Positions 10,121-21,300 of a stretch of 64,000 nt of DNA are shown piece after piece; position 1 is the first letter of the stretch; the number at the start of each line of letters is the position of its first letter. This stretch comes from Planctomycetota bacterium (lineage in GTDB: Bacteria > Planctomycetota > UBA8108 > SXIK01): assembly GCA_965223265.1 (NCBI GenBank), contig OZ244999.1, positions 832,001-896,000 of the forward strand, written 5' to 3'. Under the pieces are notes generated by a model, which was given only the letters and a program-made list of their open reading frames with translations, was not told where the DNA came from and did no database searches. The position numbers and the translations under genes are program-made.

Positions 10121-10373
10121 CTCGAGTTTGGCCATTTCGCGCCGGCCTGGCCGGACGAGTTTCGCAGGGATTCAGAGGCCCTTTCGACTTTTTTGTACCC
10201 TGAGAACCCTTGTGCATGTTCAAAAACTCCTGTCCGGCCCTTCGGGGAACGCCAGGAGCGCCGATGCCTGCGTCGCTCCTCCGCCACGATCGCAGCGGGA
10301 TCGCGTTGTCGTCGCTCCTTGGCCTCGACGCTCCTGGCGTTCCCAGGCTCGACGCGAAATGGCCAAACTCGAG
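10121..10373 (+). mobile_element. MITE family B, full copy (253 bp)
   Basis: Perfect 21-bp TIRs CTCGAGTTTGGCCATTTCGCG (10121-10141) / CGCGAAATGGCCAAACTCGAG (10353-10373); no transposase ORF. Confidence 0.85.
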
Positions 10374-10620
10374 GCTAGCTGTCGTCGAACCTCGGCAACG
10401 AGCCCTTGCCTACTCAGCCTCCGAACGGGCTGAGCACCCTCGCCGCCACGCACCAGCTCCGTCTATTCTTCCCAAAAAGTGGGGACGGCGCCAGAGCTGA
10501 AGTTGCATGTGCCGCGGGTTTTCTGTCGACAGGTCGCACGTTTGTCACGCGGGAGGAGCACATCCTATACTTCGAAGGTGTTGATATCATCGACCTTGTC
10601 CGCCGCGAGAATGGAGCAGG

Positions 10621-12294
10621 ATGAGCTTTCAGGGCGACATCTCTTCCCTTTCCCTTTGCGACGTATTTCAGAATCTCGTCGGAAACAAGAAGACGGGAAC
10701 TCTAAGCGTCCACGCCAACGATTCGGATACGCACATCCAGTTCCAGGATGGGCATATCATCTCGTACACGGACACGCGTGGTTTCTCCGTCCCGCAGTGG
10801 TTGGTCGACAAGGAGATCGTGGCGCAGGAAAACCTGGAGGAGGCTCTCAAGCGCTATCGACGGGCAAAGCGAAAGACGCTTGGAGAGATCCTGCGCGACT
10901 TGAAGCTGCTCGATCTCGAGGAGTACACCAAGTACGTCAAGTACGTGGTGTGGGAAAGCCTCTGCGAGGCTCTGTCCTTTCAGGAGGGGTCGTTCACCTT
11001 CCGCGAGAGCGACCTCAACCCCGATCATGGCGACCGTGAGGTGAAGAGTCTTGGGCTGACGTTTTCAGCCTCGAGCCTGATCATGGAGGCTGCGCGCCGC
11101 AGCGATGATTGGGAGCAGATCCGCCGTCACATGCCATCGGAGCACGAGATCTACGTGATCTCACCGAGCGAGCGAGCCCATCTGGCCGAGAAGGCAGAAG
11201 ATGAGATCACCGCCAACACCGTCGAGCTGCTCGACGGTAGCCTCACGCTGAGCCAGGTGATCGCTCACTTGCCGTACTCACGATTCGAGGCATGCCGCTG
11301 TATCGCGGATCTCATCTCGCGCAAGAAGGCGAAACCACTTGACTCGGCTCAGGCAGTCGCGCGCTCCAGCAGTGGACGCGATCCGATGAACGCGATCGCT
11401 TGCCTGAAGACGATCCTTGAGCGCGAACCGAACAATCATGAAGTCCTGAACAAACTTGCAAGCCTCTACGAGAGCCAAGGTCTCCTCGAGGACAGCGCGA
11501 AGTGCACCAAGATGCTCGCGATCTCGTATCTCGAGTCGGACGACCTCCAGAAGGCGAAGCACTATCTCCGCAAATCGCTGGAGCTCAACCCGAAGGACAT
11601 CATCAGTTGGCAGAAGCTGTGGGACTGCGTTGTGCGCCGAAACGTCGACGAGGAGATTCGCTCGTTCGGCAAGAAGTACGTCCAGCATTTCCTACAGCTT
11701 GGACTGCCGGAGATGGCACGGGATCGTCTGATTGACCTCGTGCAGAGATTCCCTGAACGCTATGAGTTTCGGCTTGGACTCGCGGACGCTCGCTTCGCTC
11801 TCGGTGAGCGCAAGACCGCGATCCAGGAGCTCTCCGAGTACGGTGAGGGACTGATTGAGGCGAGCGCCTACGACCGGGCGGAGGTCGTCTTTCAGCGCAT
11901 CTTGACGTTCGATCATAGTCATGAGCGAGCCCAGCAGGTTGTCGAGGAGATTCGCTCGGGCAAGCTCGAGCAGCGCAAGGAGCTTCGCCGTCGAGTCTTC
12001 CACGGCAGCATCGTCGTGGCTTGCCTCCTGCTTGGGGCTGGCATCACTATCCGCGAAGTGTGGGTCGGGCAGCGTGTCTTTGAGTTCTCGCGAACGGTGT
12101 TCGCCGAGTCGATTCTCGAAGACCATCGCTACGACGATGCCATCAAGGCCATTCGCGGCATCAAGGCAGACTATCCGTTCAGCTTCACAGCAGCGGCGCA
12201 GACGAAGCAGCTGATCGAGGCTCTCGAGAAGAAGAAGGCCGCGACCGATTCGAATCGCCAAGGACCGCCGTCGCTACCGCGAAAGCCGCGCTAA
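10621..12294 (+). CDS. DUF4388 (PatA_N-like) domain plus TPR repeat membrane protein
   Basis: N-terminus MSFQGDISSLSLCDVFQNLVGNKKTGTL, then LIMEAARRSDDW, TPR helices and a C-terminal TM segment; RBS GGAG. Confidence 0.85.
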   Translation: MSFQGDISSLSLCDVFQNLVGNKKTGTLSVHANDSDTHIQFQDGHIISYTDTRGFSVPQWLVDKEIVAQENLEEALKRYRRAKRKTLGEILRDLKLLDLEEYTKYVKYVVWESLCEALSFQEGSFTFRESDLNPDHGDREVKSLGLTFSASSLIMEAARRSDDWEQIRRHMPSEHEIYVISPSERAHLAEKAEDEITANTVELLDGSLTLSQVIAHLPYSRFEACRCIADLISRKKAKPLDSAQAVARSSSGRDPMNAIACLKTILEREPNNHEVLNKLASLYESQGLLEDSAKCTKMLAISYLESDDLQKAKHYLRKSLELNPKDIISWQKLWDCVVRRNVDEEIRSFGKKYVQHFLQLGLPEMARDRLIDLVQRFPERYEFRLGLADARFALGERKTAIQELSEYGEGLIEASAYDRAEVVFQRILTFDHSHERAQQVVEEIRSGKLEQRKELRRRVFHGSIVVACLLLGAGITIREVWVGQRVFEFSRTVFAESILEDHRYDDAIKAIRGIKADYPFSFTAAAQTKQLIEALEKKKAATDSNRQGPPSLPRKPR

Positions 12295-12445
12295 CTCGCG
12301 CCTCAACGTCGCTCCCGAGACAATCCGCGCGATCGAGTGCGACCGTCCTTCGCGAACGCGGCGTTAAGAAGAGCGCGTCAGCGTTCGCAACGCTCGATGC
12401 AATGGCGCTGCGCCGTACCCGCAACGCTGAGACAGGCAGAGCTTC

Positions 12446-13000
12446 CTACGCTCTCGTCGAACCTTTTAGGTAAGGGGCGAGCCGCCGCCAAGCGTCAGCT
12501 TCACTCGCACTCGTCGGCTCGGGAGCGAAGCCGAAGTGGAGGTACAGGTTGATGGCAGGAACTCTTACAGTCGAAGTGGTCAGGTACGCGTCAGCGTAAC
12601 CAAGCTCGCGCAGTCGTGTGCAAACACTCGAGAGCAGTGGCTTCGCCAAACCGCGCCCTTGAAACTCCGGCAAGATCGCAACCCAGTGCACTCTGCCGGG
12701 GCTGGGATCGTCGCCGCGGCCGTACCATGCGGACGCTGTCCCGATCGGACCCTGCTTGTTGCTGACGAGAAAGAATTGGCGTGACGCAAGCCCCGCCACG
12801 TCGTCGCCGAACTCTCGCACGAAGAGCTTCGCAGTGATGTCGTTGTAATGGTCGGACGCGGCCTGTAGGGACACCCAGAGTCGCTCGTCGCCCGGTCGGT
12901 AGAATCGTAGTGAGTAGCCCGGAGGTAATTGGTAGCTCGGCAGGTCATCGAGATGCGGTCTCGACATGACGACGTCGATGTTCTCTTGGCGAACGTCCAT
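12446..13000 (-). CDS. GNAT family N-acetyltransferase
   Basis: VHWVAILPEFQGRGLAKPL and AINLYLHFGF acetyl-CoA-binding motifs. Confidence 0.92.
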   Translation of the reverse strand: MDVRQENIDVVMSRPHLDDLPSYQLPPGYSLRFYRPGDERLWVSLQAASDHYNDITAKLFVREFGDDVAGLASRQFFLVSNKQGPIGTASAWYGRGDDPSPGRVHWVAILPEFQGRGLAKPLLSSVCTRLRELGYADAYLTTSTVRVPAINLYLHFGFAPEPTSASEADAWRRLAPYLKGSTRA

Positions 13001-13183
13001 CAGGTTCTTAGTTTTCGCGCGTCAGTCTTTCACGTGTCACGCGTTCCGCTCGTCTGATCCTAACGAATCAAGGCCTGTCCAGAGAAACGAGTCCGCCGCG
13101 CTTCGGTTAGTCGTCCGCGACGATTTAGATCGAAGCTTCCGAAACCGACGCGCGACGGCAGCGTTCTCCAGAGTCGCAAACTG

Positions 13184-16100
13184 TCACGACGACGGTTGCT
13201 CGGCCTCGCTCTCAAGCTCCAAAACCTGCACGCCGTAGAATCCAGACGGCACATAGGCCTTGTTGTCGTGGACCACGATTTTTTGCGACCAGCCTTGAGT
13301 CCGGAAGAATCGCTCGAATTCTGGCGTCGACAGATCCTCTACACTGAAGACGAAGATTCCGGCGCCACTTCCGACGAATGCGTAGCCGCTTTCGACCTCC
13401 TGAAGATACGCCCAATAAAATGGAACGTCGGCTTCTCCAGCCAGCGCGATGGCATCGGGGTCCGACAGGTCGATCGTTACGAGCGAGGTGCGGTTTTGCC
13501 ACCGCTCGCTGCCGTCATCAAGGACGATCGTTTCCCAAATCGAAGTCGTTGCAAACGCGCCGCTACCCCTGACCAAGACGCTGTTGATGTAATCTCCTGG
13601 CAGCTCGACCTGGCTGGCGAGTTCGGCCTTGTCGTCTTCGGTGAGCCGAAGCGCGTAGAGGAACTGGTGGTTCTGCCGCAGCTTGGCGTTCCAGCGAGAC
13701 TCCAGTGAGTAGATCACAGAGCCATCCGGAGTGGCATCCACCAGCATTCCCGGGATGTTGACCGCGGGATGCGATATGACATCACTCGGGTTGTCAACGT
13801 CGAAGCGATGCAGCATATAGCGAGCATACCAGGCGTCAACGTCGACGAAGGTGGTGTAGCTTGAGAGATAGAGCGTCGTTCCTTGCGCGATGAGCCCCCA
13901 TGCCCATGCGACGCTTTCGAGCTCGATCGTCTCGCCAAGTGCAGGTTCGTCCGGATTGCTGAGGTCGACGAGAAAGATCTGATGTTTCGGGTCAAAGTAC
14001 TCGGGCGCAAAGGCGACGTCGCAGGCCAGACAGTCATAGAAGGGATACTGAAAGCGGTGAAACGCGAGAGTCGAACCCTCGACTTGAACGACTTCATCGC
14101 CGTAGCCCCAGTACCACGAATGGTATCCGAGCCAGACTTCCTCAGGCAACTTGATGGAGCCTCTGGCTTGAGGCTGCTCCGGGTCACTGAGGTCGACGAC
14201 CTGGACGTGCGTCGATCGCCCCTGCCATACGCCTTCTTCGTTGTATTCGTCGCGCACGCTGGTTACGTAGGCCAAATCGCCGTTGAGAAACATCCGTCCG
14301 TACGGTGCTGGGACAGTCAAACTGGAAGTCGGCGACGCGGTGTTGGGATCGTCCAGAGGCGTTACGGTCACTTGTGTGTCGCCGCGGTACCAATCACCCG
14401 AGAGCTGCACGGAATGGTCGTCAGACAGCACCGCGAAATCTTGGACGTTGCGCGCGAGTTCGAGGCTTCCAAGAACCTCAGGTTCGTCGCGATTGGTGAT
14501 ATCGACCGCTTGGAAAAGACGATTTGAGAGCGTCAGAATCTTATTCTCGCCATGCGGAACAGCGCGCTCCGCAAGCGCGGACTCGATCAGACCTCGCAAA
14601 GTCAGACTGTCTTCAGCTAAGTCGATCAGCTGTACGCCTCCAATCGATCGATAGTTGATGGGATCCCACGCCTGGAACGGGAAGACGATCAAGCCCTCTC
14701 CTTCGAGGACGCGAAACACCTTCGCCGCATCGTCACGGTCGCCGGGGACCCAGCCCCACACGCCTTCGAGGCCGACGCGCGACAACAGCTTCGGTGCTCC
14801 GGCGACGTCGACAAGCGAGACCGCCAGATTGATGTGTCGTCGCCCTGTCTCTGGGTCGATGCGGTCGTCATGACCGAGTGCGACGATGCGATCGCCCAAG
14901 GGCACGAGAAAGTCCATCCACCCCGGCGCGATCAGCTCACCGAGAAGCTGTGGCCTTGTGGCGTCGCTGACGTCGAAGACGAAGAGTGGATCGATGTTTC
15001 GGTAGGTGACGAGATAGGCGCGATCGCCATCGAATCGGGCCGCTGTCAGCCTCTCGTCGATGTTGAGATCATAGCCGCCCAGTTGGTCGATTTCGTCGGG
15101 GTCGCTGACCGAGTAGGTGCGAAGGTACACAGTACCGTTGCCCCAGCTCTCCGACGATGCGACTCGGAAGACGCCGTTGTGCTCGTCCATGGACCAGCGA
15201 TCCTGCACGCGACCGGGAACTGGTGTCGAGCCGCGAACGACGATATCACCGCTCGGATCGCTGATGTCGATGTATCGCACAGTGGTTTCGAAGGCGCGCC
15301 GCGTTGAATCCCATCCGCTCGAGCTGAGGTAGATGGCCTGGGCGGTGACGAAAATGTGGTGTTCCCAGCCGGAGCGAGGGAAGTCAACCGAGTCGATCAC
15401 ACGCACGTCGCTGAGGTCTGAGAGCGAGACAGACAGGATCTGCGTTTTATCTTCGGTATCGTCGGTCCCGTAGCCGCCGTACCAAGGGTAGCGGTTCGAC
15501 ACCAGATACATGACATCGCCAACGATGCGCGAATCGCTCAGGTCTCCTTCCAGGTTGATCCCACCGATGACCTGAGGCTGAGTCGGGTCTGCGATATCGA
15601 TGATGCGGAGTTGACTACCGTAGAACCCGTGTGGGGCGATGTCGCCTTCCTCCCGCCAGTAGCTGTAGTAGTCGCTGACGATCGCGAAGACGAGATTGCC
15701 ACGGATGTACATCTCACGTGGGTAGCCGAAGATCGGGGCTCGCCCGATGAGCTCGGGAGCGTCTAGGCGGCTGAGGTCGATCACCTGCAGGCCGCGATAT
15801 CGGTTGAGCACGTAGATGTACTGGTCGACGACTTTGTAGATGTCCGCTTCTTCGATGAGTCGCTCGGGCGCACCGGACTCGCCTGCTGGGGCGGCTGGCG
15901 TTGGCGCGGCCGGCGCTTCTGCATCGTCGGCGACTGCATCACCGAAAAAGGCTCCTGGGGCGGTGGAACGATTCGCGTCGCCTATGGGGGTGGCGAATTC
16001 TGTCTGACCTGACGTCGGCAGGTCAGGATCGCACGGCGAGAACGCAGCGCAGCTCAGGTCGCCAGGCGTCGGGTCCGTTCCGCAAACCTCGGTCGGTGGT

Positions 16101-16435
16101 GGGATCTCGGGCCCTGAGGCGAAAAGGAAGTTCAGCGAGAACACGGCGTCTGAGATATCCACGACATCGTCGTCGTTGGAGTCCGCGGCGTTCTGACACG
16201 GGATCCTTCCCGACGCGAAGAGGCCGATCAGGGTTGCGATCGGGTCGCTGAGGTCGGTGGCGCGATCCGCGTTGGCATCGCCGCGCACGAAAGGTTCCTG
16301 TGCGTGCAGCTCGCCCGGCACGACGAGGGCGGCGGCAGTGAGCGCCAGGCATAGCGCCGCGACCCGACCTGGAGCGAATCTGCGGTGATTGACGGGCCGT
16401 CGACGAGACGAAAGAAGACAGGCCGTGAGAGCCAT
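13184..16435 (-). CDS. Secreted beta-propeller protein with planctomycete dockerin-like N-terminal domain
   Basis: FVRGDANADRATDLSDPI...CQNAADSNDD (dockerin-like). EEADIYK, DRWSMDEHNGVFRVAS and AARFDGDRAYLVTYRNIDPLFVFD match the secreted Beta_propel family; LVIVD-like repeats also present. Confidence 0.85.
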   Translation of the reverse strand: MALTACLLSSRRRPVNHRRFAPGRVAALCLALTAAALVVPGELHAQEPFVRGDANADRATDLSDPIATLIGLFASGRIPCQNAADSNDDDVVDISDAVFSLNFLFASGPEIPPPTEVCGTDPTPGDLSCAAFSPCDPDLPTSGQTEFATPIGDANRSTAPGAFFGDAVADDAEAPAAPTPAAPAGESGAPERLIEEADIYKVVDQYIYVLNRYRGLQVIDLSRLDAPELIGRAPIFGYPREMYIRGNLVFAIVSDYYSYWREEGDIAPHGFYGSQLRIIDIADPTQPQVIGGINLEGDLSDSRIVGDVMYLVSNRYPWYGGYGTDDTEDKTQILSVSLSDLSDVRVIDSVDFPRSGWEHHIFVTAQAIYLSSSGWDSTRRAFETTVRYIDISDPSGDIVVRGSTPVPGRVQDRWSMDEHNGVFRVASSESWGNGTVYLRTYSVSDPDEIDQLGGYDLNIDERLTAARFDGDRAYLVTYRNIDPLFVFDVSDATRPQLLGELIAPGWMDFLVPLGDRIVALGHDDRIDPETGRRHINLAVSLVDVAGAPKLLSRVGLEGVWGWVPGDRDDAAKVFRVLEGEGLIVFPFQAWDPINYRSIGGVQLIDLAEDSLTLRGLIESALAERAVPHGENKILTLSNRLFQAVDITNRDEPEVLGSLELARNVQDFAVLSDDHSVQLSGDWYRGDTQVTVTPLDDPNTASPTSSLTVPAPYGRMFLNGDLAYVTSVRDEYNEEGVWQGRSTHVQVVDLSDPEQPQARGSIKLPEEVWLGYHSWYWGYGDEVVQVEGSTLAFHRFQYPFYDCLACDVAFAPEYFDPKHQIFLVDLSNPDEPALGETIELESVAWAWGLIAQGTTLYLSSYTTFVDVDAWYARYMLHRFDVDNPSDVISHPAVNIPGMLVDATPDGSVIYSLESRWNAKLRQNHQFLYALRLTEDDKAELASQVELPGDYINSVLVRGSGAFATTSIWETIVLDDGSERWQNRTSLVTIDLSDPDAIALAGEADVPFYWAYLQEVESGYAFVGSGAGIFVFSVEDLSTPEFERFFRTQGWSQKIVVHDNKAYVPSGFYGVQVLELESEAEQPSS

Positions 16436-17012
16436 ACGTCGTCCCCCTTGTTGGGTGCTGTAGTCGCCAGCCTTAGAGAACCCCAGACGTATGGGCTGGT
16501 AAGGAGATATAGAGTATCGGTCGTGGCTCAGGCGCCGCGCAGCCCGGGCTGCGTTAGCCGTTGCCGTGATCCTAACAACCGCTGATGCTATGGGCCAATT
16601 TGGACCTCGTCAACGACGAGATGTGGATTTTCGTGTCAGTGTGGGTAAGACGGTATCGATCCTTCGTGTGCCTGGCGGTGCGGCTCGCCCATAGCGAGCG
16701 CCGTTTACAGCTTCGACGGCGGCGTTCGGGGCGTGTCGTCTCCGTGTCGCCAACAATGCGCAGCGGAAGCGCTCCCGGAGCGACGTGGCCGCGGTAGCAT
16801 AAGGGCAGAGGAACCCCTCATTGAAAGAATCACCGCTGTGATACCTCTTGGAGTCACTGCTGCACGATGAACGAGCCCGCCACGTACGTTCCTCGGCGCC
16901 GCAGTGGTGCGAAAGCGGGTCGACATCGCTGCGACCGTGCGGCGCTCCGGTGATATGAATCCCCTGAAGGAACGTGGTTACGAATGGACCTGGTGAGACG
17001 GTTTCCGAAAGC

Positions 17013-18341
17013 ATGAAACATCGCGTCGTCGTGTCTATTGTTCTGTGCCTCGGCCTACTCGCCGTCGGCATCGGTGTTCTCAGATTCCTATACTCGAAGC
17101 GACCTCAGCCGCCGTCGACAAAGGGCGAGGCGGAGAGCCTCTCGGTTTCGACTGAGGTGCTCGTGCGCGGCAGCCATCGCGAAACCGCGCAGGGCTACGG
17201 CGTCGTGCGCGCTCTTCGCGAGACGCTCGTCAGCGCTGAGGTGACCGCCGTCGTGGTTTGGGTCTCAGACGAGGCCGAGGCCGGCCAGCGTGTCAAGCAG
17301 GGCCAGGAGCTTGTGCGGCTGGACAGGCGTGATTTCGAGCTTCGCCTGGTTTCTGCGCGCGCGCAACACGCCGAGGCAGAAGCCGCGCTGAAGGCACTCG
17401 AGGCCGAGCGCGAAAACATATCCGCACGAATCGTCCTGAGTCGTCGGGAGCTCGAGTTGGCCGAGCGCGAGCTGGATCGACGCCGACAGCTCGAGGGGAT
17501 CAACCTCTCCCCCAGCGAGCTCGACGAGCAGATTCAACAAACCTCAGCGAAGGAGCGCTTGCTTCTTGAAATGACCCTTCGCGGCGAGGTACTTGAGCAC
17601 GAAATCGTTCGCGCCCGTGCGGTAGTCGATGCCCGTCTCGCCGATGTGAGCCAGCGTCAACGCGATCTCGACCGGACGGCCGCACGGGCACCATTCGGCG
17701 GCACGATCGTGGCGCGGCACGTTGCGGTGGGAACGCGGGTCGATCCTGGCACGCCGCTCTTCGACCTTGTCGACGGCGATCGTGTCGAAGTCGCCGTTTC
17801 CCTTGGGGCGCGCTACTACGATGAGGTTCGTATCGGTGCGACAGCGACTTTGCGGCGTCACGACGGCGGCGCCGTGTTGTGGACTGGAGCGGTTCAGCGC
17901 TTGGGGCCCAAGGTTGATGCCGACGATCGGACGTTCACGGCCTATCTCGAGCTCGACGGCGGTGAAGTGCCACTGCCGCCTGGGAGTTTCGTGATTGCGG
18001 AGATCGACTCGCTGGAGCACGACGACGTGATCGTCGTGCCGCGCGTCGCTTTCGCGAACGATCGCGTCTTCGTTCTGGCGCCGGCGCCCGCCACGCACGC
18101 GGGCGCCGGCGGCCAAGTGAGGATTGCAGAAGCGCGGCGACCGGTTGTGCGGCGCTGGCTGCCTGGTTTCGCCTTGGTCGACTCCGGGCTTCGTGCCGGA
18201 GAGCGCGTGATCGTCACCAGTGTCGAAGAAATCGATCATGGCACACGCGTCGTGCTTGCGGTGCCGGCCGTGCAGGGCGATGAGACTGACGCCCTACGCG
18301 AGCGCGAAGGGGCTGAAGCTTTGAGGTCGGCCGACCCGTGA
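17013..18341 (+). CDS. RND efflux periplasmic adaptor subunit
   Basis: N-terminal TM, VSAEVTAVV...GQELVRLD lipoyl half, coiled coil, RAPFGG, GLRAGERV. Confidence 0.9.
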   Translation: MKHRVVVSIVLCLGLLAVGIGVLRFLYSKRPQPPSTKGEAESLSVSTEVLVRGSHRETAQGYGVVRALRETLVSAEVTAVVVWVSDEAEAGQRVKQGQELVRLDRRDFELRLVSARAQHAEAEAALKALEAERENISARIVLSRRELELAERELDRRRQLEGINLSPSELDEQIQQTSAKERLLLEMTLRGEVLEHEIVRARAVVDARLADVSQRQRDLDRTAARAPFGGTIVARHVAVGTRVDPGTPLFDLVDGDRVEVAVSLGARYYDEVRIGATATLRRHDGGAVLWTGAVQRLGPKVDADDRTFTAYLELDGGEVPLPPGSFVIAEIDSLEHDDVIVVPRVAFANDRVFVLAPAPATHAGAGGQVRIAEARRPVVRRWLPGFALVDSGLRAGERVIVTSVEEIDHGTRVVLAVPAVQGDETDALREREGAEALRSADP

Positions 18342-21300
18342 ACTTGCCGCGCTTCTCGGTCCGCAATCCCGTGGCCGTCAATCTGCTCATGTGGAGCATC
18401 CTCCTGGTCGGGCTCTATGCTTGGAGCGAAATGCCGCGGGAGTTTTTCCCCAACATCGAGCCGGAGAAGGTGTACATCACGGTTCCTTATCCCGGGGCGA
18501 CGCCGGCGGAGATAGAGAAGTCTGTGACGCGGCGCATCGAGCGTGAAATCGAGGATGTCGATGAGATTGAGAAGATCGAGTCGAAAGTCCTCGAGGGCGC
18601 CACTGTCATTGTCGTCACGCTTGAGGATGACGCCAACCGCGATCGCGTCGTGAACGACCTGCGCACAGAGATCGATAAGGTTGAACGCGAGCTCCCAAGC
18701 GAAGTAGACGATGTCGAGTTGGTTGAAGTGCGTCCCTTTATTCCAGTGATCTCCGTAGTTGCATTCGGCGATGTTTCCGAAGAACGACTGCGAGAGACGG
18801 TGCGAGACGTTCGCGACGACCTGCTAGAGATGGACGAGATCTCAGAGGTCATGCTGTCTGGACTGCGTGAAAAAGAGATTTGGATCGAAGTTGAGCCCGC
18901 GCTACTGGAGGCGTATGGAGTCACCTTCGAGGAGGTAGGACGTGCTGTAGCGCGCACCAATTTGGACATGCCCGGTGGCCAAGTTCGCACAAGTCGCGGC
19001 AACATTCGCGTCAGGACGATGGGCGAGAGTGACCGTGCGGCACAGCTGAGAGGACTCATCTTAAGAAGCCAGCCAGATGGCAGCACTGTTGCGCTGTCAG
19101 ATGTGGCGACAATTCGAGAGACGTTTGAGGATAAAATCGAGCGCGGCGGGTTTCAGGGCAAGCTCGCCGCTTCCGTTGCGGTGTTCAAGTCACCCGAAGA
19201 AGACGCTCTCAAAATCTCGGAACGTGTGAAGGCATACATCGCGTCCCGCCCCGAGCGTCTTGGTGGTGCGATCAAGCTGCAGACGACGACGGATCTGTCT
19301 CGATTCATCTCACAGCGAATCGACCTCATGGTGCGGAACGCGCGTGCGGGGATCATTCTTGTCGTCTTGGCTCTCGCTTTCTTTCTCAACGTTCGCGTCG
19401 CGTTTTGGGTGGCGATGGGGCTCCCGGTCTCGTTTCTCGGAACCTTCGCACTCATGCGGTGGTTCGATGTCTCCATCAACTTGATCTCACTCTTCAGTTT
19501 GATCATCGTTCTCGGCATGATTGTCGACGACGCGATTGTCGTCGGCGAGAGCATCTTTACGCGTTTGCGTCGTGGCGAGAAGGCCGATGCGGCAGCTGAG
19601 CTCGGCGCTTGCCAGGTTGCCACTCCCGTGGTTGCTGCCGTGGCGACCACTATCGCTGCATTCGTGCCGTTGGCGTTCGTCTCAGGGCAGATGGGGAACT
19701 TCCTCGTCGTCATCCCCAAGGTGGTGATCGTGGCGCTTTTCGTGTCGCTGATCGAGGTCTTTCTGATTCTGCCCGCGCACCTTGCGCATCGCAGGTCACG
19801 TCCCTCGAAGGTGTGGTTGCCACGATTGCGAGCTCAGCTCGATCGTCTCGCCGCCCAGAAACATCGTCTGCTCGAATCGATGCTTCCGAACCTTCTCGAG
19901 CGCCTGCTGCGCTTCGTCTTGCACTGGCGTTACGTGACGTGTTCGTTCGCTGTCGCCGTCGGTTTAGCAACCGTCGGAATTGTCGCGGCCGGGATCGTTC
20001 CGTTCGTCCTCATTCAGGACGGCGACGCTGAGAACATCAGCGTCAATCTCGAGATGGTCGCAGGCACTCCAGTGGAGCGTACGCAGGAGGTGATCAGTCA
20101 GCTCGAGCGGCTCGCCCTTTCGATCGACGAGGTCGCCTCAGTCTTCTCTGTCGTCGGCACGTCGTTCTCTGAACGCGGCCGTGAGACCGCTGCCGATCCG
20201 GCGACCGTTGCTCAACTCCACGTCGAGCTGCTCTCCGCTGAGGAACGAGAACGACGTGGAATGCGCTCGTCTGAGGACGTCATCACTTCCTTTCGTCGGC
20301 GTACTGGAAGCATTGCCGGCGTGCGCAAAATCGGTTTGATCGCGCAATCGGGCGGTCCCCAGGGACCTGACATCGAGATCCGCCTGCGCGGGGACGACCT
20401 GGATCAGCTGGCGGCTGCGTTGGCGCACGTCAGATCGGTCGTCGGCGGCTATTCCGAGATCTACGAGATGGAAGACGACTTGAACGTGGGCAAGCAAGAG
20501 GTTCGGCTGCGGCTTCGTCAGAGCGCCCACGCGCTGGGGCTCACGACGTCTGACTTAGCGCTCCAAGTACGCCACGCACTGTTCGGCTTTGAGGCTCAAA
20601 AGCTCCAGGCCGATGACGAGGAGGTGAAGGTCCGCGTCCTGTTGCCGGACGCGGATCGCCGAAACCTCAGCGATCTAGGGCGATTGCGGGTCGTCTCGCC
20701 CAGTGGGCACCGGGTGCCGCTTGCAGAAGTCGCCGAAGTGTACGCGACCCGAGGTTTTGCCTCCCTGGCAAGAGTCGACGGTAAGCGCGCCGCGACGGTC
20801 AGGGCGGAGGTGGACGAGGCGACCGGCAACGTCGACCGATTGACCACAGAGATTGAGCGAAGGCTCACTGATATTTCGCAGCGCTTCCCTGGGATCTCGA
20901 TGACGTTTGAGGGGCAGCGCAAAGAAACGAACGAGTCCCTGGGATCCCTAGCGATTGGTTTCCCAGCGGCCGTCTTGATGATCTACGCGCTGATCGCTGT
21001 TTTGTTTCGTTCTTATTTGCAGCCGTTCATCGTCATGGTCGCCATCCCTTTTTCCTTCATCGGTGCTGTCGCCGGGCACCTGCTCATGGGATTCGAATTC
21101 ACGCTGCTGTCGTTGATCGGCTGTGTGGCCCTCGCGGGGATCGTCGTCAACGACAGTTTGATTCTGGTGGACTATATCAATCAACTACGCCGGCAGGGCA
21201 GTGATACGCTCCAAGCTGTCGTTCAAGGGGCACGGGCCCGGCTGCGGGCGATTTTGCTCACTACGATCACGACCGTATTGGGTCTGGCGCCTCTGATGCT

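Noticed and set aside
9623-10373. ORFs such as 9630-10433 and 9736-10203 as a transposase, or the repeats as a CRISPR array
   Set aside because: The ORFs are translations of MITE sequence with no DDE motif. The repeats are long, irregular and have TIRs rather than a repeat-spacer period, and no cas genes are present.
12330-12400. Imperfect hairpin (ATCGAGTG/CGCTCGAT, GCGAACGC/GCGTTCGC) between convergent genes
   Set aside because: Plausibly a bidirectional terminator or a chance GC-rich stem; no T tract and no second copy seen.
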